A stretch of DNA of 64,000 nucleotides, taken from the NCBI GenBank assembly GCA_964632215.1, contig CAZWBG010000001.1, forward strand, positions 241,776 to 305,775. Direction: 5' to 3'. The notes under the pieces are model-generated. The model was not told where the DNA came from. It saw only the letters and a list, made by a program, of their open reading frames with translations, and searched no databases. Positions within the stretch are counted from its first letter, which is position 1. Each line of letters opens with the position of its first letter. Below, one piece after another: positions 38,878 through 48,461 of this stretch. This stretch comes from an uncultured Candidatus Saccharibacteria bacterium. GTDB taxonomy: Bacteria; Patescibacteriota; Saccharimonadia; Saccharimonadales; UBA7683. The position numbers and the translations under genes were made by a program.

Positions 38878-41366
38878 TAAACGTGCTCCGCCTGCAAGGC
38901 TTCATGTGCCTGCCAAGTTAGATGCTTTATCAGCTCATTTACTTCAGAAGTTACGAGAGTCCTCTGAGTATCAGCCAGAGAGAGCCTGAAAGTAATATTC
39001 TTTTTAGTATCTGCTTCTTTTTGAAAGATGCCCATAGGCTGTAAAGTCCACTGAAAATCAACAGTCTGGAGATAGTCTCGTAGACACGCTTCTAATTGCG
39101 CAAATGATACCGTAGATTCTACGCGAAGCGTGATATCTTGTTCGGTCGAAGGATATTTGCTGAGCGCCCGATAGTTACTCTCGGGTAACTTCTGAACTGC
39201 TTCGAGTAACGCATCAAGTCCAATCTCAAAGCCAGCAGATTGTACGGGTAGCTTCAAGTTTTTTGCAACTTCTGTTTTATATTCACCGACAATACCCAAG
39301 AAAACATCAACCTCTTTAATTGTCACCAACGCTGAGCGCTGATAATCAAACGACGCGGTTACCGGAAACCCTGGTTCTTGCTCAAGCGGAACATAGATAA
39401 GCGTGAAACCGAGTGCTGAGGCTATATAGTCAAGATAACGACGGGCCATATAGTAGGCACTGCCTGTTGCAGATGGCTCGTTACTCGCGTAGCTCAGGGC
39501 GATCATATTAAGTTCACCTGGTAAGCCTTCTTCATCATTGCCGTGAACTTTATTGTGAGTTTTGTTCGGCTCAAAGATTGCAAACTCATTAAATCCAGCC
39601 TTGATGTTGCTGTGCACGAGATCGAGCAGACTTGGTGTAAGCGTCTGGCGGTAGTACTGCAGATCTGGCGAAAGCGCGTTTCTAATAGCGTATGAATTCT
39701 CGGATTTCTGCCCGACTTTTTCTAGGAGATTGCCATGTACAAAACTATAGGTAAGTACTTCATTCGCTCCAGCTCGACTAAGCGTTTCACGAATCTGTTG
39801 CTTTAACGCAAGTTTGGCTTCTGGCTTAACGGGAGCGATTGAACGACTAGGTAATTCAATAGGTAAACGGTTAAAGCCATAGAGCCGACCAACCTCTTCG
39901 ACAATATCTTCAGCAATCTCAATATCCGTCCGCCAGAATGGAGCAGTGATGGTCAGAGCCTCATCATTTTCAGCTACACTAAATTCAACATTTGTCAGCA
40001 ACGTAGTGATCTCTTCTACACTCAAATCACTTCCTAGTCGATCGTTAATAAATTTCGCAGTTGTACTAACCGGTTGGTTTACTTGTGGGTTAGAATTAGT
40101 ATCCGTTAGCCCACTAGATACATGAGCACCAACAATTTCATTGAACATTTGTACTGTTTTATGAAGCACTGGTGCAAGCTGTGCAGCTGGCTGACCTTTA
40201 GTAAAACGAGTTACAGCATCGGTAAATAGGCCGTGTATCATACTGGTTTTTCTGATATTGTACATATCAAATGTGGCACATTCTAAGATGATTCTTTTGG
40301 TGCTTGCATCAATTTCTGAGTTAGCACCGCCCATCACACCACCCAGTGCAATTGGACCATCAGGATTACAGATTAAAACTGCATCTTTGTGTGGCTCAAT
40401 CGTCTTACTATCGAGCAACGTCATTTTTTCGCCATCTTTTGGCCGACGTACAGTAATATCAACTCGACCATCTTTGGCAATCTTGTCAAAATCAAACGCA
40501 TGCAGGGGCTGCGCCGTCTCAAGCATCATGTAATTAGTGATGTCTACCACGTTATTGATTGGTCGAACACCAACCCGTTTTAGGTAACTCTGTAACCAAG
40601 TCGGGCTCGGCTTAACCTCAATGTTATCGATAACCACTGCCATATAGCGAGAACACAAACCTGGAATCTGATTATCAACCTCAAGACTGGCATTCTCTTC
40701 ATTTTTTATATTCCATTTTTCATATTCCTTGTTCACGTACCAGTCTGGGGACTTGAATGCTTTGTGCTGTATTCCCGCAATCTCACGAGCAACACCAAGC
40801 TGACCAAAACCGTCAGGTCGGTGTGTAAACATCTTATTTTCAATCTCTATAATGACATCATCCAGACCATATAGATCTTTAAAAGGCGTGCCGAGACTAA
40901 CTTCTTCAGTGATCTCTAAAATTCCTTCATGATCGTCATTCAAGCCCAGTTCTCGAGGGCTTGCTAACATCCCATTACTGAGTTCACCACGAAGGTCTCG
41001 CGCTTCAAGCACGAAGAGTTCCTTCTCACCGTAACTTGCTGGCACAATCGCTTGTGGTGGAATCCAGGCTACTAGCAATCCTTCACGGGCATTCGGCGCA
41101 CCACAAACTACTTGCACATGCCCGCTTTCATCACGGGCTACATCTTTCACTACGCCACCATCATCAACTTTGCAAATATTGAGCTTATCTGCATTCGAGT
41201 GCTTCTCGCAGCTCACGATTTTTGCCACTACAATACCTTCATAATGCTTGCCTAGCTCATCGTAGCCCTCAACCCCGCCTAGCCGCTCGGTAGCAAGTTT
41301 AACCAGCTCCTCTGTAGAAAGATCAATATCCGTAAACTGTCGTGCCCAATTTAAACTAACCTTCAT
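38877..41366 (-). CDS. pheT: Phenylalanine--tRNA ligase beta subunit
   Basis: 829 aa with N-terminal tRNA-binding, B3/B4, B5 and C-terminal FDX-ACB-like regions. Confidence 0.85.
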   Translation of the reverse strand: MKVSLNWARQFTDIDLSTEELVKLATERLGGVEGYDELGKHYEGIVVAKIVSCEKHSNADKLNICKVDDGGVVKDVARDESGHVQVVCGAPNAREGLLVAWIPPQAIVPASYGEKELFVLEARDLRGELSNGMLASPRELGLNDDHEGILEITEEVSLGTPFKDLYGLDDVIIEIENKMFTHRPDGFGQLGVAREIAGIQHKAFKSPDWYVNKEYEKWNIKNEENASLEVDNQIPGLCSRYMAVVIDNIEVKPSPTWLQSYLKRVGVRPINNVVDITNYMMLETAQPLHAFDFDKIAKDGRVDITVRRPKDGEKMTLLDSKTIEPHKDAVLICNPDGPIALGGVMGGANSEIDASTKRIILECATFDMYNIRKTSMIHGLFTDAVTRFTKGQPAAQLAPVLHKTVQMFNEIVGAHVSSGLTDTNSNPQVNQPVSTTAKFINDRLGSDLSVEEITTLLTNVEFSVAENDEALTITAPFWRTDIEIAEDIVEEVGRLYGFNRLPIELPSRSIAPVKPEAKLALKQQIRETLSRAGANEVLTYSFVHGNLLEKVGQKSENSYAIRNALSPDLQYYRQTLTPSLLDLVHSNIKAGFNEFAIFEPNKTHNKVHGNDEEGLPGELNMIALSYASNEPSATGSAYYMARRYLDYIASALGFTLIYVPLEQEPGFPVTASFDYQRSALVTIKEVDVFLGIVGEYKTEVAKNLKLPVQSAGFEIGLDALLEAVQKLPESNYRALSKYPSTEQDITLRVESTVSFAQLEACLRDYLQTVDFQWTLQPMGIFQKEADTKKNITFRLSLADTQRTLVTSEVNELIKHLTWQAHEALQAEHV

Positions 41367-41941
41367 CGTAAAATCTCCTCTAATAGTTCTGGGAATTCCT
41401 CTGTGCCAAGATCTTCAATGCAGAAATGTCCTTTATCTTGAAATTCTCGGTACTGTATATCATCAACTGACTCTTTAAGCATTTCCACACTTTTGTGTAT
41501 TGCAGTGAAATCGTCCGTAGAATTAAATATATATAGGCCATCGTGAGTTTGACTGACTAAGCTCCGCTTTGTGTCAAACTTGAAGAATGTGTGATCGTAT
41601 TCCTCATTGCCAAAACTAACACCCATCCATGGTGCTACTAGTATAACCTTATTCACACGAATGTCGTTCTCACTTAACCATCTGACCAAAAAACCACCGC
41701 CACAGCTATGACCAACCAAAATTGTCTCAGGTGTTATATCAAAACGTTCGAATTCTCGTTTCCATATTTCATATTCAGGATAATAACCACTAGGAACCTC
41801 TACGGCAACAGTGTGTATGTCACGAATTATTAATTGCTTACTAAGCCAAGGGAACCAATGGGAATTGCTGGCAGTTGGATACTTGGGACTGAAGAATTCT
41901 TCTTTTGGTTGCCAGCCATGAACTAAAATTGCATTCTTCAT
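41363..41941 (-). CDS. Alpha/beta hydrolase (Ser-hydrolase/RBBP9-like), small
   Basis: GHSCGG nucleophile elbow. Start taken at the internal ATG (MKNAILVHGW), which gives a 4-bp overlap with the upstream gene. Confidence 0.55.
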   Translation of the reverse strand: MKNAILVHGWQPKEEFFSPKYPTASNSHWFPWLSKQLIIRDIHTVAVEVPSGYYPEYEIWKREFERFDITPETILVGHSCGGGFLVRWLSENDIRVNKVILVAPWMGVSFGNEEYDHTFFKFDTKRSLVSQTHDGLYIFNSTDDFTAIHKSVEMLKESVDDIQYREFQDKGHFCIEDLGTEEFPELLEEILR

Positions 41942-42699
41942 GTCTTCTTCTCCTTTAGCTTGAGTTGGAAGAAGAGGTTGTCGCATTCCATCTGAGCACT
42001 TGTCATAGCGGCAAGCAAACGTTCTGGTTCAATTTCGTGGAAACCAGGTTTTCTCCACGGATCAGCAATAAGATAGGTACCCTGTTTATTCTTACCATAT
42101 AAGACCACACTGTGGTTAAAGAGCTTGCCTTCCAGATCGTCTGGTGTTGAGTCTCGCAACTTACTCTCATGCGTACTTCGGCCACCATCAAATAAAACAT
42201 TATTACAGACGCAGATTAGTAACGGACCAGTCATGAGTGCATCATCAATCAGTTTCGTGGTCATATATGGGTGGATATAGAGACTACCCCCAGCTTCAAG
42301 AAAATCAATATAGGATTGCATATAAAGATCGGTCCACATTTTCCCAATGGAAGGTACCTTTCGATACTGCTTTGCAAGCTTCATGCGTTCCAGCTGAGCA
42401 TTTGTATCCAACGATGCCCATGATAGGTCAATGACTTCAAAATCTGCTGTATGCATTTCAACTTCGTAACCCTGGGAAATACACCAAGTAGCAAGTCGCT
42501 GGTTAATGCTACCAAAATCTTCCCCGTTACCACCCTTCAGTACTGGTAGTTGCTCTATAAGTTGTTCGGGTGTACGTGTATCATCATAGGAAGAAAGAAG
42601 TATTGCCAGAGCTGCCTGACTACATGAATGGTTTGTCGGCTGATAATAATGAATGATCTCGTGTTTGGTGTGTAGCTTTGGGGTTGCTGGACTATTCAT
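41938..42699 (-). CDS. Hypothetical protein with a C39/papain-like peptidase-type Cys motif
   Basis: YQPTNHSCSQAALAILLSSY resembles the catalytic Cys context of C39-like peptidases. Tentative. Confidence 0.35.
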   Translation of the reverse strand: MNSPATPKLHTKHEIIHYYQPTNHSCSQAALAILLSSYDDTRTPEQLIEQLPVLKGGNGEDFGSINQRLATWCISQGYEVEMHTADFEVIDLSWASLDTNAQLERMKLAKQYRKVPSIGKMWTDLYMQSYIDFLEAGGSLYIHPYMTTKLIDDALMTGPLLICVCNNVLFDGGRSTHESKLRDSTPDDLEGKLFNHSVVLYGKNKQGTYLIADPWRKPGFHEIEPERLLAAMTSAQMECDNLFFQLKLKEKKT

Positions 42700-43115
42700 G
42701 CGAAGGTCCTTGTTTCAAAGATTGGTGGGTTTTGGGTGTAGTCAGTGAAGCGAAGCCAAATTGGAGTAATTAAGTAATACTGCTGTCCCTCATCACCTGC
42801 GAACCTTCTAGCAGCTGGGACATTCTCAAAATGGAACTCAATACGCTCCTGATACTGGTCTTTACTAATCTGCTCTGCTATTCCTTCAATCTGCACAGTC
42901 TTTGGAGCATCAAGACCAACCACCAGTGCAACTTTGTTATTTTCTGCAAGGTTAGTAGCCTTCCTAGTATTTTGGTTGGTTGCAACAAGAATTTTGAACT
43001 CTTCATCAACCGAGAAACCAACGGTTGCCGCTTCTGGGTGACCGTTCGCATCAACAGTTGCAATAACGCATGTTTCTAAAGTGCTCAAAAACTGCTTCGC
43101 GTCTTCGAGGTTCAT
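42696..43115 (-). CDS. Pyridoxamine 5'-phosphate oxidase-like FMN-binding protein
   Basis: 139-aa split-barrel protein (TCVIATVDANGHPEAATV...KILVATNQNTRKATNL). Confidence 0.6.
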   Translation of the reverse strand: MNLEDAKQFLSTLETCVIATVDANGHPEAATVGFSVDEEFKILVATNQNTRKATNLAENNKVALVVGLDAPKTVQIEGIAEQISKDQYQERIEFHFENVPAARRFAGDEGQQYYLITPIWLRFTDYTQNPPIFETRTFA

Positions 43116-44131
43116 TTGAATTGCCTCAAGAATGCCAACTTACCAGAGTTAAAGTGGCGGATATCTTCAATGTCGTATTTCATCATCACCAAGCGCTCTA
43201 CACCACCGCCCCAAGCAAAACCGGTGTAGATCTCAGGGTCGATGTCGGCCATCTTCAAAACATTCGGATGAATCATGCCACAGCCGAGCAGCTCTATCCA
43301 ATGTTCGTTGCTGCAGACTTTACAATCTTTGCCATCTTCGCAAAAAGGACAACTCAGGCTAAATTCAAAGCTGGGTTCAGTGAATGGGAAATAGAAAGGA
43401 GTAATTTTAACGTCAATTTCTTTCTCGTAATATGTCGTGAGAAAGAGCTTTAATGTCGCTACCAGCTGCCCGACAGTTACGCCCTTGCCAACATAAATAC
43501 CTTCGTGCTGTGTAAACGTATGCTCATGGCGAGCATCAAGATCTTCATTACGGAAAACTCTATCCATCGCAAGCACGGCAATTGACTCACCACCTTCTAG
43601 CTTTTCCTCACGTTCTTTTAAAATTCGATTCTGCATAGTTGAAGTGTGGGCCGGTGCCACAAAGCCCTCTTCAGTCATGAACGTATCGTAGTCGTCTCGC
43701 GCTGGGTGATCTTCAGGGAAATTGAGTGAGGTGAACATATGGAACTCATCGTCTATTTCGCGCGAAGGCGAGACCTCGAAGCCCATTCGATAGAATATTT
43801 CACTAACTTTTTGCATTTCACGAGTGATAGGGTGGATAGTACCGTTTTCGGTTGGCAAGAGTTCGGGCAATTTGGCATTTACATCAAAAGGGGCCGTTAC
43901 ATCAATTGGCGCTCTACTATCTACTGCAGGCTGCTCGTCATTCACAAGTTGCTCGAGCTCTTGTTTTAACTGATTGATCGCCTGACCATATGCAGCTCGT
44001 TGGTCTTCGGGCTGTTCTTTGATCTTGCCATATAAATCTCTGAGCTCAGGAGCACGCAAAATCGAACGCTTATCCTCAAGCGTTTCCATCTTGGCCAGTA
44101 ACTGTTCTTTGGTCTTTTGAATTTCTTCCAT
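43112..44131 (-). CDS. pheS: Phenylalanine--tRNA ligase alpha subunit
   Basis: 339 aa with class II aaRS motifs (FRNEDLDARHEHTFTQHEG, GFAWGGGVERL). Confidence 0.9.
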   Translation of the reverse strand: MEEIQKTKEQLLAKMETLEDKRSILRAPELRDLYGKIKEQPEDQRAAYGQAINQLKQELEQLVNDEQPAVDSRAPIDVTAPFDVNAKLPELLPTENGTIHPITREMQKVSEIFYRMGFEVSPSREIDDEFHMFTSLNFPEDHPARDDYDTFMTEEGFVAPAHTSTMQNRILKEREEKLEGGESIAVLAMDRVFRNEDLDARHEHTFTQHEGIYVGKGVTVGQLVATLKLFLTTYYEKEIDVKITPFYFPFTEPSFEFSLSCPFCEDGKDCKVCSNEHWIELLGCGMIHPNVLKMADIDPEIYTGFAWGGGVERLVMMKYDIEDIRHFNSGKLAFLRQFK

Positions 44132-44152
44132 AATACTTTTACTTATTCTACC

Positions 44153-44179
44153 TTATTTTAATGAAAAATCCTCGCCTGG
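44153..44179 (-). terminator. Intrinsic-terminator-like hairpin ~40 nt upstream of the pheS start (candidate attenuator)
   Basis: Perfect 9-bp stem (AATCCTCGC / GCGAGGATT) with a 5-nt loop. It is followed on the minus strand by UUUUCAUU, and a further GCGAGG copy lies upstream that could form an alternative pairing. Confidence 0.45.
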
Positions 44180-44434
44180 AGCGAGGATTGAGAAACTAGG
44201 TAACAGGCCTCGCTTTTAGCGGATTTCAAAAAAGTTAAAAAAGAGAACTTTTTGGGCCATTGACATAAGTATACTCTAAGCACTCGCTAAGTGCCATAAC
44301 TGGCAATGGCGACATTTATACACCTTCAGTTTTGTGCCATGCAGATACTGCGCATATGTTGCAGCACCTTGGGCCGCCTCTTTCGTGTCAAAGGCGAGTT
44401 TTTCATGGCAAGGTAGATCTTCCATAAGTTTGTA

Positions 44435-44989
44435 TTATGACTTAATTTCAACTTTTGCCGCAAGCGAATCTAAGACGGTCTTAGCTTCATAGTTATGGTA
44501 GTCTGCATGAGTTAATTTACCCGACTCATCAAAGGCAGACCAAATTTCCGGAATCCCTACTCGTGCATTGATGAGATTAAGATGTATCCAAGCTGCCACC
44601 AAAGCAAAGGCAGATTGCGAGTAAACTGCACCAGCCGCACCATAGCCTACGAAGGCTGCGGGTTTACCATTCCATTCATGATACAGATGATCTACGGCAT
44701 TCTTAAGCGAAGCAGGATAGCCGTGATTGTATTCTGGGCTCACAAACACTACTGCATCAGCTTCATTCACACGAGCAGCCCATCTAGTATCTTCTTCCCG
44801 ATCATAATGAGAATCTTCAACTTGTGACGCCAGCTTTTCAGGTAGTTCATATGAGAGGTTCAACTCTTTTAGATCCACCGAATCAATTTCGAAACGGCCA
44901 TCTGTCTCAACTTGTTCAGTAAACCAATCGGCTACTTTCTTACCCATTCTGCCGTCACGGACACTGGCCAATACAACTAATAGTTTCAT
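44435..44989 (-). CDS. NADPH-dependent FMN reductase (flavodoxin-like fold)
   Basis: MKLLVVLASVRDGRMG...VFVSPEYNHGYPASLKNAVDH. Confidence 0.7.
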   Translation of the reverse strand: MKLLVVLASVRDGRMGKKVADWFTEQVETDGRFEIDSVDLKELNLSYELPEKLASQVEDSHYDREEDTRWAARVNEADAVVFVSPEYNHGYPASLKNAVDHLYHEWNGKPAAFVGYGAAGAVYSQSAFALVAAWIHLNLINARVGIPEIWSAFDESGKLTHADYHNYEAKTVLDSLAAKVEIKS

Positions 44990-45067
44990 GAACGCTCCTT
45001 TTAAGCTTTAAGTAATTACTTAATTGTAGTGAACACTTAAGCATTTCGCAAGTGCTATAATATACAT

Positions 45068-45568
45068 ATGGCAAAAGATAATTCATTTGATATAGTTTCA
45101 GATTACGACATTGCAAAGGTTACTAATGCTGTTGAACAAACTCAGCGAGAAATAACTAGTCGCTATGACTTCAAGGGTACGAAAGCAAATTTAGAGTTTA
45201 CCGATGGCACTAAGGCCGGCGTTACTATAACGGGTGATAATCAGTTTCACCTAGATAGCATCATCGACATTTTACGAAAGAAATTAGCGGGTGCAGGTGT
45301 GAGCCAAAAAATTCTTGACACTTCAACCGAGCCAACGGAATCGAATATGCAGATAACCTGGATACTTACGTTTAAAAAAGGTCTCGACCAAGAAAAAGCT
45401 AAAAAAGTTACCAAATTGATCCGAGACACATATCCGAAAGTAAAACCCCAGATCCAAGGTGAAGAAATTCGGGTTTCAAGCGCCAAGCGAGACGAGCTGC
45501 AAGCAGTAATGCAATTAGTACAAGAAGCCGACTTCGACTTCCCGCTCAACTTCACCAACTACCGCTAA
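45068..45568 (+). CDS. yajQ: YajQ-family (UPF0234) nucleotide-binding protein
   Basis: SFDIVSDYDIAKVTNAV...RYDFKGTKANLEF is the canonical YajQ N-terminus. Confidence 0.8.
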   Translation: MAKDNSFDIVSDYDIAKVTNAVEQTQREITSRYDFKGTKANLEFTDGTKAGVTITGDNQFHLDSIIDILRKKLAGAGVSQKILDTSTEPTESNMQITWILTFKKGLDQEKAKKVTKLIRDTYPKVKPQIQGEEIRVSSAKRDELQAVMQLVQEADFDFPLNFTNYR

Positions 45569-45611
45569 TTGTGGCTAAATGTTACTCTGTGCAACGCTTA
45601 CTTTAGTAAAT

Positions 45612-45947
45612 TTACGTTGTACGACTATTTACTTTGTCCTGATCGCTTTTCATCATCTCATCCATCGCTCGGTTCATATCTATGCCTTTTTCGGAAGCAA
45701 TATACAGTACTTCGGCCAAGATGTCAGCAAGCTCATCACGAAACTCAGCCTCCAAAGCAACCTTGTCTTTACTATCTGCCCACCTGTCACCGGAAATTTG
45801 CAGCATAACTTTATTTAGACTACCAATCTGGTATGCAAGGTCTTGAGCGGCAACCTGCCATGTCCAATGACGTGTGCCTTGCTGATCGTATTTCTTAAAA
45901 CTATTTTTAACAGCTTCTGTGAGTTCAGTAATTTTGTAATCGTTCAT
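45612..45947 (-). CDS. MazG-like nucleotide pyrophosphohydrolase domain protein
   Basis: 111 aa with an EAEFRDELADILAEVL-type EExxE/D metal-binding helix pair. Confidence 0.5.
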   Translation of the reverse strand: MNDYKITELTEAVKNSFKKYDQQGTRHWTWQVAAQDLAYQIGSLNKVMLQISGDRWADSKDKVALEAEFRDELADILAEVLYIASEKGIDMNRAMDEMMKSDQDKVNSRTT

Positions 45948-46068
45948 CTCTTAAGTATAACAAAAGGTACTTCACAGATAGAATTCGTAGCCTACAAAAA
46001 TGGCCGACCTATGCTGCATATTTAATGCTGGAGATTACTTGAGTTAACTGTTCTATACTATAAGCACT

Positions 46069-47391
46069 ATGAACGGGCAGCAACAAAAACTTTTAGATGA
46101 CTGTAAGCTTGTGCTCAAGCTCAACGATCTCGGTGGCTGGACTCGCCCGGCACCTAATCTTTATCCTCATCAATGGCTATGGGATAGTTGCTTTATTGCA
46201 ATTGGCCGACGGCACTACAATATTAAACGAGCTCAAAAAGAGATCGAGAGCTTATTCCGAGGTCAGTGGGATAACGGGATGGTACCTAACATCGTTTACG
46301 GTAAAGATCTTTACTATGCTGATAACGTTTGGGACAGCAGACGCAGCCCCAATGCACCCCGTGACGTTGCGACAAGTGGCATTACTCAGCCACCCATGAT
46401 TGCCACTGCAATTACCAAAATTGGCGAATTGATGCCTGTGGTTGAGCGCAGAAAGTGGTATGCCAAGATGTACCCAAAAGTACTTGCCTATCATGAATGG
46501 CTTTACCGTGAACGAGATCCTCACGGCGAAGGCCTTGTGGAGCTTGTGCACCCTTGGGAATCCGGACTCGACAATACACCACCCTGGATGCATGAAATAC
46601 GCAAGAAAGTAGTACCGCTCTGGATACGTACCATTCACACACTGAAGCTTGATGTAATTATAGAGCTCATCAGAAAAGACACGCGCCATGTTTCCGCTAC
46701 TGAACGTACCACCACTGTTGAACAGCTCACTCTTTATAGCATCGCTCGCTTTTTACGTCGTAAACGCTACGATAGCGACAAAATACTCCCACATGCCTCA
46801 GTCTTAGTTGAAGATCTCACCTTCAACTGCATCCTCATTCACGCCAATAGAGAACTTATCAACATTGCCACCGAACTCAATATGACTCTACCGGGCTGGC
46901 TTTGGGAGCGGATGAAAAAGGCACCCCACGCCTTGGAACTACTTTGGAATGAATCACATCAGCAGTATTTCAGTAGAAATGCTCAAACCTTTAAGCTCAT
47001 CACCGAGCCTAGTATTGCAGCTTTTATGCCGCTCTATGCTGGCACTATAAGCAAGCACAAAGCTCAACAATTAGTCGATTTATTAAAAAATAAATCCTAC
47101 GACCTCCTATTTCCTGTACCGACTGCCCCAAAAAACTCTCGCTATTTTCAGCCAAAAAGATACTGGCAAGGACCAACCTGGATCAACACCAACTGGCTCA
47201 TTATAGAAGGCCTACGTTCTTACGACTTTCACAAAGAAGCCGACGCCTTAAGACTGAGGTCACTGGAACTAGTTAGGCAACACGGGAGCTACGAGTACTT
47301 TAACCCACTAGATGGTAGCCCAGCTGGTATTCATCCGTTTAGTTGGACAGCTGCTCTCACTATAGACCTCCTCGAATCAAAGTTTGAATAG
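46069..47391 (+). CDS. Six-hairpin glycoside hydrolase (GH63/MGH1/glycogen-debranching-like)
   Basis: HQWLWDSCFIAIG and ELVHPWESGLDNTPPWM motifs, typical of the (alpha/alpha)6 glucosidase family. Confidence 0.6.
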   Translation: MNGQQQKLLDDCKLVLKLNDLGGWTRPAPNLYPHQWLWDSCFIAIGRRHYNIKRAQKEIESLFRGQWDNGMVPNIVYGKDLYYADNVWDSRRSPNAPRDVATSGITQPPMIATAITKIGELMPVVERRKWYAKMYPKVLAYHEWLYRERDPHGEGLVELVHPWESGLDNTPPWMHEIRKKVVPLWIRTIHTLKLDVIIELIRKDTRHVSATERTTTVEQLTLYSIARFLRRKRYDSDKILPHASVLVEDLTFNCILIHANRELINIATELNMTLPGWLWERMKKAPHALELLWNESHQQYFSRNAQTFKLITEPSIAAFMPLYAGTISKHKAQQLVDLLKNKSYDLLFPVPTAPKNSRYFQPKRYWQGPTWINTNWLIIEGLRSYDFHKEADALRLRSLELVRQHGSYEYFNPLDGSPAGIHPFSWTAALTIDLLESKFE

Positions 47392-47392
47392 G

Positions 47393-48301
47393 CTAGTGTT
47401 GATGATCGGAGTGGTCATGATCTTCAGCTTGTGGCGCTAAGTCTTCCGATAACGCGTCTTGCGGCACCGACTCTTCGATAGCCTCCTGAGCTTCAGTATA
47501 CTCAGACGTCTGCTGTGTAGTTTCAGATTGGTGATCATGCGAGTCTATGTACTTATGAGCAATAGTAATAGAAAGACCCACTACGACTGCACCAAGCACA
47601 AGTAAGAACGGGCGCACGTCGAACAGGCGCTTGTGAGCGGTCTGCCCATGAATAGAAGGGATGATATCGCTGGCGGCAATGTAGAGTAAGAAACCTGCAC
47701 TTAAACCGAGTAAGATACCTGTCGGCAACTTTGTGTCACTCCCCAACCAAAACGTAAGTACTGCCATAAAGGTAGTAGCCAGAGCACTCAGAAGGTTAAT
47801 GAAGAGGACTTTTCTACGGCTCAAGCCCTTATTGAGCAATACGCCAAAATCACCTATCTCCTGCGGAATTTCGTGAGCTGCCACTGCCATAGTTGTGATA
47901 ATACCGGTTGGAATACTAACCAAAAAGCTCGCGGCAATCACGACACCGTCGAGCGCATTATGTACAGTATCGCCAATAATGACAAGGCTGGCTGTTGGAT
48001 CGATCTTTTTATCACTGTGTTGATGGTGGTGATGGAACCAGTGCAAAAAACGCTCAGCAAAGAAAAAGATGATCATACCTATTAAAGTAGCTAGCAGTAC
48101 GGTTCTTGGATCAGCTGCCTCAACCCCTTCGGCAAGCAGATCGAGAAATACTGCTGCTAACAGTGCTCCCGCTGCAAATGGCGTTGCATAACGCGCTAGC
48201 TTTTCAGCCCACTGCCGTTTACTTAGTAGAATTGCTCCGCCAAGCAGAGAGACGACTCCGCCAAGCAGAGAAAAGATGATTACATACCCATACGTTTCCA
48301 T
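47393..48301 (-). CDS. ZIP-family divalent metal (zinc) transporter
   Basis: HEIPQEIGDFGVLL signature, a His-rich loop (HWFHHHHQHSDKK), and a C-terminal His-rich tail. Confidence 0.8.
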   Translation of the reverse strand: METYGYVIIFSLLGGVVSLLGGAILLSKRQWAEKLARYATPFAAGALLAAVFLDLLAEGVEAADPRTVLLATLIGMIIFFFAERFLHWFHHHHQHSDKKIDPTASLVIIGDTVHNALDGVVIAASFLVSIPTGIITTMAVAAHEIPQEIGDFGVLLNKGLSRRKVLFINLLSALATTFMAVLTFWLGSDTKLPTGILLGLSAGFLLYIAASDIIPSIHGQTAHKRLFDVRPFLLVLGAVVVGLSITIAHKYIDSHDHQSETTQQTSEYTEAQEAIEESVPQDALSEDLAPQAEDHDHSDHQH

Positions 48302-48350
48302 AAATTTTCCTTTTTATACTTAATCTTATCGTATTCTAAAGTGGTTATTT

Positions 48351-48374
48351 AAATTTTACAAATTAGTCGCAATT
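48351..48374 (+). repeat. Direct repeat copy 1 (AAATTTTACAAATTAGTCGCAATT)
   Basis: 23 of 24 positions identical to the copy at 50254-50277. Lies in the ZIP transporter promoter region and is followed by TACTATAAT. Confidence 0.8.
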
Positions 48375-48461
48375 ACTATAATAAATTTTTATAGCAAGAG
48401 GGTGCACGGGTGCGCCACCAGGTCACAAGACCCTAGGCACACACCGGCACTCCTCTCGTCT

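Noticed and set aside
44132-44434. Canonical T-box riboswitch call for the pheS leader
   Set aside because: I could not locate the conserved T-box sequence or a clear specifier loop by eye, so only the hairpin/attenuator observation is reported. A covariance-model search is needed.
45569-45818. Two overlapping plus-strand ORFs (45569-45808, 45579-45818)
   Set aside because: They are antisense to an ORF with a coherent MazG-like EExxE helix pair and show low-complexity translations with no motifs.
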